From Cetorhinus maximus (taxonomy: Eukaryota), in the NCBI RefSeq assembly GCF_964194155.1, contig NC_135909.1, positions 15,128,001 through 15,192,000 on the forward strand: a stretch of 64,000 bases of DNA, read 5' to 3'. The position numbers and the translations under genes are program-made. The notes beneath the pieces were generated by a model, which had not been told where the DNA came from, searched no databases, and worked only from the letters and a program-made list of their open reading frames with translations. How positions within the stretch are numbered: position 1 is the first letter of the stretch; each line of letters starts with the position of its first letter. Below, piece by piece: positions 12,421 to 25,426 of this stretch.

Positions 12421-13164
12421 CTCAGAACAAATCCCACATTCAAAGAATCAGAGACGTCCAGCAGCTGCTGTATCTTGTAGCTGTACTGACAGATACATAA
12501 TGTATCCCATACTCAAACCAGAGACTGACATTTACAGCATGAGCCTAAAATTCACATTCCGCATTAGACCAAGGTTCACAGAATGATACAATCCATCACA
12601 CACAGCACCTGAGGCTGACAAACATGGAACTGATCCCACACTCGCATGCAATAGCACATATAGAATGCACATTGAAACCTGCATCCACGTACCGTACCAG
12701 AAATGAGAGATGCAGTTTCAGAATCACTCCCAAATCCACATCGAAGACAAGAAGCCAACAGGCACAAAATGATTCTCACATTCACAGAGTACCATGAACT
12801 GATAAATAATTAAACTCAACATCTCACACTGTATCAGAGACTGACAGAGGATGGATTCAACATTCACATCTAACACCAGAGACTGATAGTAAAATCATGA
12901 TACACCACAGTCCCCTGTCTCTCACACACACAGGCACAGACACACACACACAAACACACACACACACACACATACATACGTGCGCGCATACAATGCCACT
13001 AACTGGTAGGTAACGATTCTCACATGCACAAGTTGTACCAGAGGCTGATAGACAAAGTAATGATTTCCCCACTCAATTACAATATCAGGGTTTGATAAAT
13101 GCGGATTGAGTTTTACCGGCACACAGAGTTCCACAGACTGAAATTCACTGAATGATTACACACT

Positions 13165-13275
13165 ATGTCTTCAAACTCACGGGAATACAATACGACTCTG
13201 GGAGACTGGCATGGACATGGCGGGATGAATGGCCTCCTCCTGATTTATAACCATTCGATGATTCTATGATTCTAA
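13165..13275 (+). mobile_element. CR1 LINE 3' end
   Basis: gaatggcctcctcct... followed by a gattctatgattcta octamer-repeat tail typical of CR1. Confidence 0.65.
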
Positions 13276-13709
13276 CCTGTCCCCATAATTTAAGACTGTT
13301 GTCCCATTCACATTCTGGTGAAGTTGCGCTGCAGTCACTGCACAAAAGTCATGAATGTGATTTTTGAAATTTTCGGTTGATGCCCGGCCTCAGCAAGTTT
13401 TTGTGGGAGAGACTTCCAGATTCCCATTACTCTTCTTTGAAGATGTGCATCTCGTCATTACTCCCGAACAATTCCCCCTTGGTTTGGACACTCCCCACTA
13501 GACGAAGTAGCTCCTCTCTAACTACCCGATTAATTCATTTAATCATGGTGAATATCAATCAGAGGAAGTCTTAATCTTCGAATTCAAGCTATTACAAGAC
13601 AAGTCTGTGCAATCTGACCTCATCAATTGCATTGGAGTAGCACATTAGTGATTCCAGAACTACCTTAGGCTAAATGCTCACAAATACAAAGAAGCCAACA
13701 ACACTTTGT

Positions 13710-13885
13710 TTGCGGGTCCCGCTGACGTCATCACTCTTCGGCTGGAACGTGAAGTTGGCACCGGCCCCTTCCCTAGGCGCATGCGCGCTACCGCTGACGT
13801 TATCGACGTGCGTCCTTTGAAATCTCACCATTCACTTGCTGGCCCGTCACCCCGCCGCCTCACCAATCGCCGCTGGGCTCCGTAA
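13710..13885. promoter_or_regulatory. CpG-rich orphan promoter-like island
   Basis: TGACGTCA (CRE, 13723-13730), GCGCATGCGC (NRF1, 13777-13786), a second TGACGT, a GC box and CCAAT (13863-13867), set in AT-rich surroundings. Confidence 0.6.
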
Positions 13886-14149
13886 TCATTGTGACATCTT
13901 TACTTTTTGGACAAATCAGGATTTCTCCTGTGTTTTAACCAAATAAATCGAACGACCCTATTTCCCTTTCACTGAGCTGTAGGTAATATTGCTTTCCCTG
14001 CTTGTGTGTGTTTAATTTCATTAACACAACCGGCAGCGACACCAAACACAGCCAAGCATCAATGGAAACACCGATAAGGAAAGCACAGTTCACTAACAGT
14101 CCATCGCCTTACCCTCTCGGAAACACCACAGACGCCATGACACTATGGA

Positions 14150-14985
14150 AACATTACGATGCAGAAATAGGCCATTCAGCCTGTCATGTCTGTGCCGCCA
14201 AAAAAAAGAGCTAGCCGCTGATTTTAATCGGACTTTCCTGTACCTGGTCCGTAGCTTTGCAGGTGACAGCGCTTCAGGCGCAGATTCAAGTGCCTTTCCA
14301 ATGAGTTGGTCGTTTCAGCCTCAACCACCGATTTAGGCGGTGAATTCCAGACACCCGCCACCCTCTGCATGAAAAAGATGTTCCTCGTGTCCCCTCTAAT
14401 CCTTCTGCCAATCACCTCAAATCTATGCCCCCAGGTAATTGACCTCTGAGCTAGGGAAGACAAGTCTTTACTGTCTACCCGATCTAGGTCCCTCATAATC
14501 TTTTTGCACCTCAATTAGGTCACCCCTCAACCTCCTCTGTTCTAAGCAAAACAACCCTAGAATATCCAACCTTTCCTCACAGTTGCAATTTTCAAGCCCT
14601 TGTAGCATTCTTTTAAATATTCTCTGCACTCCCTCCAGAGCATTTGTGTCCTTCCTGTAATGTGATGACCAGAACTGTGCACAATATTCCAGCTGTGGCC
14701 TAACCAGCGTTTTATAGATTTCCAGCATTATATCCCTGTTTTTGTATTCAATATTTCGTTCAATAAAGGAAAACATTCCGTTACCACCTTGTCCCCCTGT
14801 CTTGCCTCCTTCAGGGAAATGTGAACATGCACTCCAACGTGTCTCAGTCCCTCAACCTGTCTCAATATCCTCCAGTTTATTGAGTGTTCCCTTTTTTGTC
14901 TGCCCTCCCCAAATGCATTACCTCAAACTTTCTGGGATTGAATTCCATTTGCCAAATTTCTGAGCACTCAAGCAAACCATGTATG
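14150..14985 (-). mobile_element. CR1 LINE 3' part (RT C-terminus, frameshifted)
   Basis: ORFs 14468..14776 and 14224..14514: MLEIYKTLVRPQLEYCAQFWS.HYRKD..ALEGVQR, LEQRRLRGDLIEV, FFMQRVAGVWN. Confidence 0.9.
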
Positions 14986-15004
14986 GCATCTTTCAAAACA
15001 CATT

Positions 15005-15190
15005 CTGACCTCTTTGCAGCCTTGGTCCAAAAATGGAGAAACAGTTGAACTCAAGCCGTGAGGTGCAAGTGTTCACTAATGTTCAGAGAAGCATTTGACC
15101 TAGTACGGGCATCAAGGAACCCCAGCAAAACTGAAAGTTCATGGAAATGAGGAGGGAAACTCTCCATTGGTTGGAGTCGTCCCCGGGGTT
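15005..15190 (+). mobile_element. LINE RT fragment (same as in the array units)
   Basis: gcagccttggtccaaa...gcatttgacc...catcaaggaaccccagcaaaactg is shared with 33830-34015 and the other units. Confidence 0.7.
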
Positions 15191-15296
15191 TCTAATACAT
15201 TCCAAAAGATTTCCAGCAGGAACAGTAATTCGCTTTTATTTGATACACTATGGGTGACAATGAAAATATTCCTTGACGGCATTTTGCAGTACAGGT

Positions 15297-15386
15297 GGCT
15301 CGTTGGACTAGGGGCATGATTTTCGCTTTGGGATTTTCATTGAATTAATGTACGAGTCGTCCCGGGTTTAATTCCCGGGCGAGCCC
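15297..15386 (+). pseudogene. tRNA-Pro(TGG)-like gene with an 18-nt insert at 37/38
   Basis: GGCTCGTTGG.CTAGGGG.ATGATT.TCGCTTTGGG [attttcattgaattaatg] T.CGAG..GTCCCGGGTTT.A.TCCCGG.CGAGCCC, 72+18 nt; B-box mutated. Confidence 0.8.
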
Positions 15387-15564
15387 GTCGTAATGCCGGA
15401 ACCTTTTTCGCACTTGAGGTGGTTTCACTATTTGAAATACAAACGTTAGGCCACCCCTCAGCCTTGTTATTACAAGAGAATAAAGATCCAAACTGTCAAT
15501 CCTTTCGTCCTTGTATACCACGCATTGCATTGTTTTTCTCTTAATTTTCTCTTAATTATTCTTA

Positions 15565-15935
15565 TTTTGTGGGATGTGGGCGTCAATTGCACGGCCAGAA
15601 CTTCCGGCCCTCCCTAATCTCCCTCGAACTGGATGGCTTGCTCAGTGATTTCCGAGGGCAGATAAGAGTCAACCATATTCCCATGTGCATGGAGTCACAT
15701 GTAAACCAGACCAGGTCAGGACGGCAGAATGTTTCCTCTTAAGTGCATTGATGAACCAAATGGTTTTTTTTAGTACAATCGACGATAGTTTCATGGCCGT
15801 CATTACAGAGACCAGCTTTCAATTCAAGAATCATGAAATAATTGAATTTAAATTCCACGAGCTGCCACGGTGAGATTTGAACACTTGCCCCTAGAGATGA
15901 GCCTGGGCCTCTGGATTCCGAGACCAGTGACATCA
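15565..15935 (-). mobile_element. Deu-domain SINE (SacSINE1-like)
   Basis: gggcagataagagtcaacc..gagtcacatgta..ggacggcag..attgaatttaaattcca..gagatttgaac..ggcctctggatt; duplicated at 28060-28428. Confidence 0.6.
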
Positions 15936-17299
15936 TCTTTCATCCCTGGAAACAACAACTGAACATTCAGCGAATCATTCAGCCGCTTGATGAGGAAATT
16001 GGAATTCCCTCCGCAGCATTTTATTAAACTGATTGATGCAAAACCTTTTGTTCCATTGGAAATATCAATATTTTATCGACATTAATCAGACATTGTGGAT
16101 TTCTTAGTAACGAAACACAATCCAAAGATGAGTGAGGGATGAATGCACGAAGTAACAAGGAAATACATTCTGAGAAAGAGCTCCGCATTGTTTGGAAGAA
16201 AAAGCAGAACTTGCAGCTGACGAGTGGGAACCTGGTTTACTGGACGTTCCACCAGGTTTCTGTATAAAGCAACGGGACAGGACAAGAAACTGCTATCTTC
16301 TGATTACATCATAATGTACATTGAAGTCAGACGCCTGATCCATTTGGACCAGGCTACCATTCCTTCCAGCCGGATAATGCCGTGTCCATAAAAACTGTGC
16401 TGCATTTATGTCTCTTGGATTTTTGAATGATCCACTGATTCCCAGACCCTTGGCCTCGGGATCTCAGATTGATTTTGGATCATGAAGTCAGTTCCTATTG
16501 TCCGCACCTCTCCTCAAAATGTCGCTGCAATTTTTTGTCCTCTCTAAATCTTTGCTCCTTGACCTTCACTCAATCGCTGCTTAATTCCTGAAATAAAAAC
16601 ACAGAACATCCCCTTCATCCAAACCGCTTCGAAAGGAATTCCTTCTTCCCTGTTTGAAAAGAAATTCTACCGAAGGTTCGGAGATGTTGAGGCGATCGTG
16701 TCAGAGTGAGGAACTGTTTCCGATGATTGGCAATCCAGGGACTGGGGCGGGGAGTGGGGCGGGGTGGAGGTGGAGTTTGGTGGGTGGGAGAGGTGGGGGG
16801 TAGCGGGTTAGAGGATGGGAGAGGTTAGGTGGGGGATAGGAGCTGGTGGCACTGGGGGCAGTAAAACATTCAGAGCTTTCCGTAGGTGAAATTCGAAACC
16901 AACTCTATAAACAAACGGGGATGAGAATTTCAGAGCTCCCTTCCGGAAACAACACTGCAATTTTAAATATCACTTTGATAGATTTCTATTCACCAAATAT
17001 ATTAGACAAAAGGGAGAAAGGTGGGTATTTCTATACATGGGGAACTTGCTGTTTGAAATATTACTGAAGACGCTGAGTTATGCATTCACTGTAATCGAAC
17101 TCAGTTTTCATTGATGATAAATAAGAACCGAATCAGCAATCCTCCCATCATGCTGAAATCAATTTATTTCTGCAACTACAAGATGACTGCAAACTGAAAA
17201 TAATGTGACTCCGATACTTTCTGTTCATAGCAACATGATACAGACACTTAGACACTTGCTGCCCAACAAATGATTTCAGTCCTGTGAAAGCGTTTGTGA

Positions 17300-17716
<417 letters not shown>

Positions 17717-17730
17717 TCTAATAACCCAAA

Positions 17731-17746
17731 GGCTCTTTTCAGAGCC
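17731..17746 (+). terminator. Histone 3' stem-loop
   Basis: GGCTCTTTTCAGAGCC plus HDE GAAAGGGCTG. Confidence 0.92.
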
Positions 17747-18357
17747 TCTCACAGAGTCTGTGAAAGGGCTGCTCACTGTGTGAACTCATTTCATTCTGGC
17801 TCTGAAGAAGCGTCATGCCCATTCCAAGAGATAATTCCCTCTCTCCACACAGATGCTGCCAGACCTGATGAAATTTTCCACCATTTTCATTAAAAATTCT
17901 AGTTTCGCTGCAAAAGACATTAGTATAAAACCTGAGAAAAGTCTCATTTTGGCTCTACATGCCTTTCAACCCGGTTTCAATTCGGAATCTTTACCTGATC
18001 TGTTTATAACAGGCGGGTAGAAAGCTCCTACTGATGGGCGAAATCCCCGTGACTACCGACAGTTCCGGGTCTCCCACATAAACATCATGAACTGTATGGG
18101 TTTAATTCATGTGACGGTTTAACAGATATTGAAGAGAAAATGGAGTGAGTCGTTCTTCCACTATATTGGAGTGGGAGAGTGGGGTCTGGGGAGGTAATAC
18201 ACCGCTCCACTCCCCACTTAAAACATCAACAACCTTAATAAATGAACTAGTGACAGAAAGAGAATGAAATGATGCTAATGCTGCTTTTCATTCAGTTACA
18301 GTTTGAGATTTCTCGCTCCCGTTCCCAGGTCAGTGCTCTTAATGTGACGTTTTGGGT

Positions 18358-18373
18358 GGCTCTGAAAAGAACC
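18358..18373 (-). terminator. Histone 3' stem-loop of H4
   Basis: Minus strand reads GGTTCTTTTCAGAGCC. Confidence 0.9.
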
Positions 18374-18406
18374 TTTTTGTGTGTTTGGTAGAAAGGGTCG
18401 AGTTGT

Positions 18407-18727
<321 letters not shown>

Positions 18728-18774
18728 TCACTCAGATCGCTGCAGAATATGAGAGACGAGCTGCTTCAAGTTCC

Positions 18775-18890
18775 TCTTTTAAATAGCCCGCCCCGACCTG
18801 ACTGAGAACGGGACAGAGAGTGAGAGGCGGGGCGGGGAGGAGACTGAGTGACAGACAGAACAAAGTCTGTGATCATCTAGCTCCGCCTCC
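18775..18890 (-). promoter_or_regulatory. H4 promoter
   Basis: Minus TATTTAAAA at ~18777-18785, TCAGGTC (H4 site II-like) and GGGCGG boxes; duplicated at 21853-21970. Confidence 0.65.
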
Positions 18891-19470
18891 TGCCTGTTCG
18901 AACTGATTTGTTTTTGAATTCTGGGCACCATTAGTGAACAGGGCGCTCGAAACAAATCTTACTCAATGGAACATCTTGTTTATCTATAGTTAGAAACCGG
19001 GATCTTTTAAATCCAGACCAGTCAGCAATGGTATTGAATTAGTGACAGCAAAACAATTATTTTAAGGGAGGTGCTGTTGTAGTTATTTCAGAGAGAACCT
19101 AGTCATCCCTTCCAGGATAAGTTGCATTTTTTTATTGTTCGGTACTTTGTGGATATCTACATGGAGCCGTTGTAGTTGGTCGCTATCTTTGTCTGTTTCA
19201 CGGCCCGTTACCTGGGCAGCAACAGACCTTTTCCTGTCTCGATGTGTCCACAGAAACAGCAGGAGCCAATTTATTGTGGACTGGTGCCCTCTGCTGGCTG
19301 CACGTGAGACGTGCAAAGAAGTAACTTCTTTGGGGACATTTTAAATGTGTGTGAAACAACATAAACATGGTGAGAATTATTGCAAAACAGTTTATCAATC
19401 AGACACAAGATGCCAAAGATATGGTGTGTTTCGCGGTACTATAAATGCTGACTGTAATTTGAAGAAGTGT

Positions 19471-19542
19471 GCGATGGTGGTATAGTGGTGAGCATAGCTG
19501 CCTTCCAAGCAGTTGACCCGGGTTCGATTCCCGGCCATCGCA
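19471..19542 (+). tRNA. tRNA-Gly(TCC)
   Basis: GCGATGGTGGTATAGTGGTGAGCATAGCTGCCTTCCAAGCAGTTGACCCGGGTTCGATTCCCGGCCATCGCA forms a complete cloverleaf, with TTTT downstream. Confidence 0.97.
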
Positions 19543-19609
19543 GTAGTGATTTATTTTCCGCCTTACCCGTGGTCAGACCGCAATTCTCTACACTGGTTAA
19601 AATACGCGT

Positions 19610-19820
19610 TGGGATCCTTACAGTTCCACGCTCTGTAAGATTGGTCTTATCGGCAACTTTGTGAATCGGGTCCGAGCCATTTGCTCACCGTGCAAGCTTG
19701 ATGCTGAAATCGGGCTCATCAAAGGCATCCTGCAGGGTAATGGCTACCCTGATCAGATCATGTCGCGCTGTGTATCACACAAGCTCATGACCGGGCCTAA
19801 GACGGTCACTTTCCACCCTG
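19610..19820 (+). mobile_element. Penelope-like element RT C-terminal fragment
   Basis: NRVRAICSPCKLDAEIGLIKGILQGNGYPDQI matches the PLE RA..ICS....E...I...L..NGYP motif; a copy lies at 23150-23330. Confidence 0.7.
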
Positions 19821-20024
19821 AAGTATATTCTCTATCAGTATAAATTGTTGTCTTCCCCTTACATTGGTTTTCTTGCGAGTGTCCTGTTGAGGGCAGAAGG
19901 AAAAGCTTTGACATGTCTCTTTTTTCAGCCACACTCAAATACGTTGGCGCTAATGTTCAATTTGTAAACCTGTTTCAGCTCTGCCAGTTTGGCTCAATCT
20001 ACGGTCCATTTTCTTTTTGATCTT

Positions 20025-20200
20025 GGATAAACTCAGCAGGTCTGACAGCATCTGCGGAGGGGAATACAGTTGACGTTTCGAGTCCGTATGAGTCTTCATC
20101 AGATCGCTCTGTATTCCCCTCCGCAGATGCTGTCAGAGCTGCTGAGTTTATCCAGGTATTTTTATTTTTTGCTAGATTTCCAGCATCCGCGGTCTTTTGT
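20025..20200. repeat. Inverted repeat of a Penelope-derived short element with a hammerhead-like core
   Basis: Arms tggataaactcagcaggtctgacagcatctgcggaggggaatacag and its reverse complement; minus-strand CTGATGA-agactcatacggactc-GAAACGTC. Confidence 0.75.
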
Positions 20201-20383
20201 TTTGTTTTTCTTTTTGATGTTTTTAGGTTGGTGAAATAAGCTGCTCTCTGATTGGTTACAAAAGCTACCCAATGCGATTCCGAACACCTTGACCATTCAG
20301 AAGTCGGCCGACTGCATTCCCCAGAAGTTTGGGGAAGGGTGAGTGCGGGAGGAATTCTTCATTCGTGGTGTAAGTGTGTGTAA

Positions 20384-20776
<393 letters not shown>

Positions 20777-21483
20777 AGCGGCCATTCTTTAATCTAATAA
20801 CCCAAAGGCTCTTTTCAGAGCCACTCGCAGAGTCTGTGAAAGGGCTGCTCACTGTTTGAACTCATTTCATTCTGGCTCTGAAGAAGCGTCATGCCCATCC
20901 GAAGAGATAATTCCCTCTCTCCACACAGATGCTGCCAGACCTGTTGAAATTTTCCACCATTTTCATTAAAAATTCTAGTTTCGCTGCAAAAGACATTAGT
21001 ATAAAACCTGAGAAAAGTCTCATTTTGGCTCTACATGCCTTTCAACCCGGTTTCAATTCGGAATCTTTACCTGATCTGTTTATAACAGGAGGGTAGAAAG
21101 CTCCTATTCATGGGCGAAATCACCATGACTACCGACAGTTCCGGGTCTCCCACATAAACATCATGAACTGTATGGGTTTTATTCATGTGACGGTTTAATA
21201 GATATTGAAGAGAAAATGGAGTGAGTCGTTCTTCCACTATATTGGAGTGGGAGAGTGGGGTATGGGGAGGTAATACACCGCTCCAATCCCCACTTAAAAC
21301 ACCAACAACCTTAATAAATGAACTAGTGACAGAAAGAGAACGAAATGAGGCTAAAGCTGCTTTTCATTCAGTTACAGTTTGAGATTTCTCGCTCCCGTTC
21401 CCAGGTCAGTGCTCTTAATGTGACGTTTTGGGTGGCTCTTAAAAGAGCCTTTGCTGTGTGTTTGGTAGAAAGGGTCGAGTTGT

Positions 21484-21804
<321 letters not shown>

Positions 21805-23008
21805 TCACTCAGATCGCTGCAGACTATGAGAGACGAGCTGCTTCACCTTCCTCTTTTAAATAGCCCGCCCGGACCTGACTGAGAACGGGACAGAGAGTGA
21901 GAGGCGGGGCGGGGAGGAGACTGAGTGACAGACAGAACAGAGTCTGTGATCATCAAGCTCCGCCTCCTGCCTGTTCGAACTGATTTGTTTCCGAATTCTG
22001 GGCACCATTAGTGAACAGGGCGCTCGAAACAAATCTTACTCAATGGAACATCTTGTTTATCTATAGTTAGAAACCCGCATCTTTTAAATCCAGACCTGTC
22101 AGCAATATCCCCGCCTCATTCCAGTCGCTTCTACAAACAGACAAACAGTCTGCTTCCATTTCTCGGACATCTTCTATTCCATTAACACACAACTCCCCTC
22201 CCAGAAGCATTGAGACTTTTACTAACCCCTTTTCCAGCTGAATTGGAGAATATAATGTGTTTGGGTTTGAGTTGTGACGCGGGGTTTGGCCAAGGTTGAG
22301 TTGGAGAGATTTGTAATCTACAAGGCAGTCAAGAGGTATGAGGATCAGGCAGAGAAGGAGAACGAAGGTCACAAACACACCAGCCTCTAAACCAGTTAGT
22401 CTGCAGGTATCACAAATTAATGGGACTAAGAACAAGATAAAATCGGATCACGGGCCTGTAATTTAGTTTATTGAGCGGGAATTCGAAAAGTTTTGCAAAG
22501 ATTGAACCGGTCAGTGAAAGTGTCTGTCTAAGAACTGGAAATGAATACCGGCTGAAATTTAAACGGTTGGTATTGAATTAGTGACAGTAAATCAATTATT
22601 TTAAGGGAAGTGTTGGTGTAGTTATTTCAGAGAGAACTTCCTCATCCCTTCCAGGATAAGTTGCATTTTGTTATTGTTCTGAACTTTGTGGATATCTACA
22701 TGGGGCCGTTGTAGTTGGTCACTATCTTTGTCTGTTTCACGGCCCGATCCCCGGGCAGCAACAGACCTTTTCCTGTCTCGATGTGTCCACAGAAACAGCA
22801 GGAGAGAATTTATGTGGACTGGTGCCATCTGCTGGCTGCACGTGAGACGTGCAAAGAGGTAACTTCTTTGGGGACATTTTAAATGTGTGTGAAACAACAT
22901 AAACATGGTGAGAATTATTGCAAAACAGTTTATCAATCAGACACAAGATGCCAAAGATATGGTGTGTTTCGCGGTACTGTAAATGCTGACTGTAATTTGA
23001 AGAAGTGT

Positions 23009-23079
23009 GCGATGGTGGTATAGTGGTGAGCATAGCTGCCTTCCAAGCAGTTGACCCGGGTCGATTCCCGGCCATCGCA
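23009..23079 (+). pseudogene. tRNA-Gly(TCC) copy with a 1-nt T-loop/B-box deletion
   Basis: Identical to 19471-19542 except GGGTCGATTCCC. Confidence 0.85.
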
Positions 23080-23424
23080 GTAGTGATTTATTTTCAGCCT
23101 TATCTGTGGTCAGACCACAATTATCTACATTAGTTAAAATACGCGTTGGGATTCTTACAGTTCCACGCTCTGTAAGATTGGTCTTATCAGCAACTTTGTG
23201 AATCGGGCCCGAGCCATTTGCTCACCGTGCAAGCTTGATGCTGAAATCGGGCTCATCAAAGGCATCCTGCAGGGTAATGGCTACCCTGATCAGATCATTT
23301 CGCGCTGTGTATCACACAAGCTCATGACTGGGCTTTCAAAAGTGGCCGACTACATTCCCCAGAAGATAGGGAAAGGGTGAGTGCGAGAGGAATTCTTCAT
23401 TCGTGGTGTAAGTGTGTGTAAGAT

Positions 23425-23565
23425 TGTAGAAAGACCGGCGGTAGAGCCCAGGACAAAGCCAAAGCCAAGTCTCGCTCCTCCCGGGCTGGACTGCAGTTCC
23501 CCGCGGGCCGTGTTCACAGGCTCCTGAGAAAGGGCAGCAATGCTGAGCGTGTGGCTGCTGGAGCG
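23425..23565 (+). pseudogene. Truncated H2A fragment
   Basis: Same ATG-less start as the 20390 copy; ends after RVAAGA. Confidence 0.8.
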
Positions 23566-23879
23566 CTCCGCTCTTCCGATTGTAACATTCCCGGCCGCTT
23601 TACGGGGACAGGATCAGATATCAGCCGTTTCTCTCTGTCCGATGAAACCTGTATGAAGGAGTCGGTTGGTAACCTATGTTATTGCGTTTCCAGTGAGCTG
23701 AGATTGGCTCTGTTTTAAATCGCTGCTTTGTTACCGCCGGTTACAGATAAGCGATTGACAAATTTAATCTGTTCCTAAAATAGCGCCAGGATTCTGTGAC
23801 GCAGAATGCAATATTACAGCTCCTAAAGCGTGAGATTAAAATTGTTGCCTGGAAATTTAGCCGTTCGGCTATAATCTTT

Positions 23880-24010
23880 CCCCCCCCCCCCCTCAAACTG
23901 GCGGGCTTTTCGAATTTGAAAATATAAGCCAATCGGCACTTCCAATTCCTGTTACCCGGCTCTCCGATTGGTTGAAGATTAGGATTGGGAATGGACTGAC
24001 CAATCAGTGC
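23880..24010. promoter_or_regulatory. Orphan histone-type promoter (three CCAAT boxes)
   Basis: CCAAT at ~23929, ATTGG at ~23966 and CCAAT at ~24000; ggcgggctttt..tttgaaa is shared with the H2A upstream region at 3315-3338; no ORF follows. Confidence 0.45.
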
Positions 24011-25426
24011 TAGAGCCTGTCTAAAGTCTCTCAAACCATTCACAATGATTATTTATAGAGGTTAAATTGTTGGAATCGGTATCTTCCACTCCACCTGTAT
24101 TGAGTCCTAAAATGTACTTTTTTCCAACAGGCAAATAATTGACGAAACCAGAATAAACGTGGTGTTTCCTCCAGAGATTTAATACTCAGCCAAAGCTTAC
24201 ACACATTGTTTGCTTTAAACCTACCATATCAGTGGCTTGTTGTTCTGCTGATAATGTATGTGGAATGAATCCAAACTTATAATTAGTCCCAGAGACTGAA
24301 AGTTATATAATGAATCCCACACTCACACAGAAGTAGAGAATAATTCTCAAGCATATTTTCAGTGCCAGATGCTGAAAGATACAGGCTGGTCACTGCACTC
24401 ACTCACAATAGCTGAATCTGAGTGATACTAAAGAAATATGACACACCAATTGTACCACTGAGAGATTTAGAAAGAGTCCAAGCATCACATAGAGTAACAG
24501 ATGCTGATGGATACAAATGGAAGACCACACACTAACACACACACTGTAAATTCTACTTTCACATACAATACCGATGATTGGGAAAACTGCAATTGAATCT
24601 CACAATGTTTTATAATACCAAAGATTGACAGATGTAAAATTAATCCCACTGACAGATACAGAATGAATCTCATGCACACAAACAGAACCAAGTGATGAAA
24701 GAAACATATGATTCCCACACTTACTTTACAATACCACAGGTACAGAGTGCCATTGACTGATCTGCATTGAACCAAATACCTCCCTTCGCCGTCCAATAAA
24801 ATGTGAACGCTTCTTGTCTGTTCTGTCGCTCTCTGAGTGTGCTGACATCTACTGGCCAGAGCTGAGAAGTGCAACAGAGCGGAACTTTTTTTATTAATTC
24901 AATGGATATGAGATTCGCTGGCTCGGCCAGCATGTATTGTCCATTCCTAAGTGACCTTGAGAAGGTGGTGGTGAGCTGCCTTCTTGGACCGCTGCAGTCT
25001 CTGTGGTGTAGTTAGACCCACAGTGCTGTGAGGGAGGGAGTTCCAGGATTTTGATACAATGACATTAACTGTGTGTGTTGCAGAAACAGCTCAATATGGG
25101 ATGTAATAGGGTGGACATAGAGGTGTCAACAATCAATTCAAAGAGAATTCGATATTACCTTGTTTTCCCACTGAGTCGGTAGAATTTGGAACTGGCTGTG
25201 ATGTTGAGCAGTCAAGACGATTAGCACAGCTGTATTTCAGGGAAAGCAAGATAAGCATAGGAGAGGGAATAGATTTCATGGATAAACAGGTAATATTACA
25301 TAAAGTAAACTGGGTTGAAGATGGTAGCAATAATGTACCAATGTGTCCAAATGGCCCAATGAAGTATATTCTTGGTAGAATGAATACTGATTTTCAAAGT
25401 ACCTCAGAGACTCACGGATACATATT

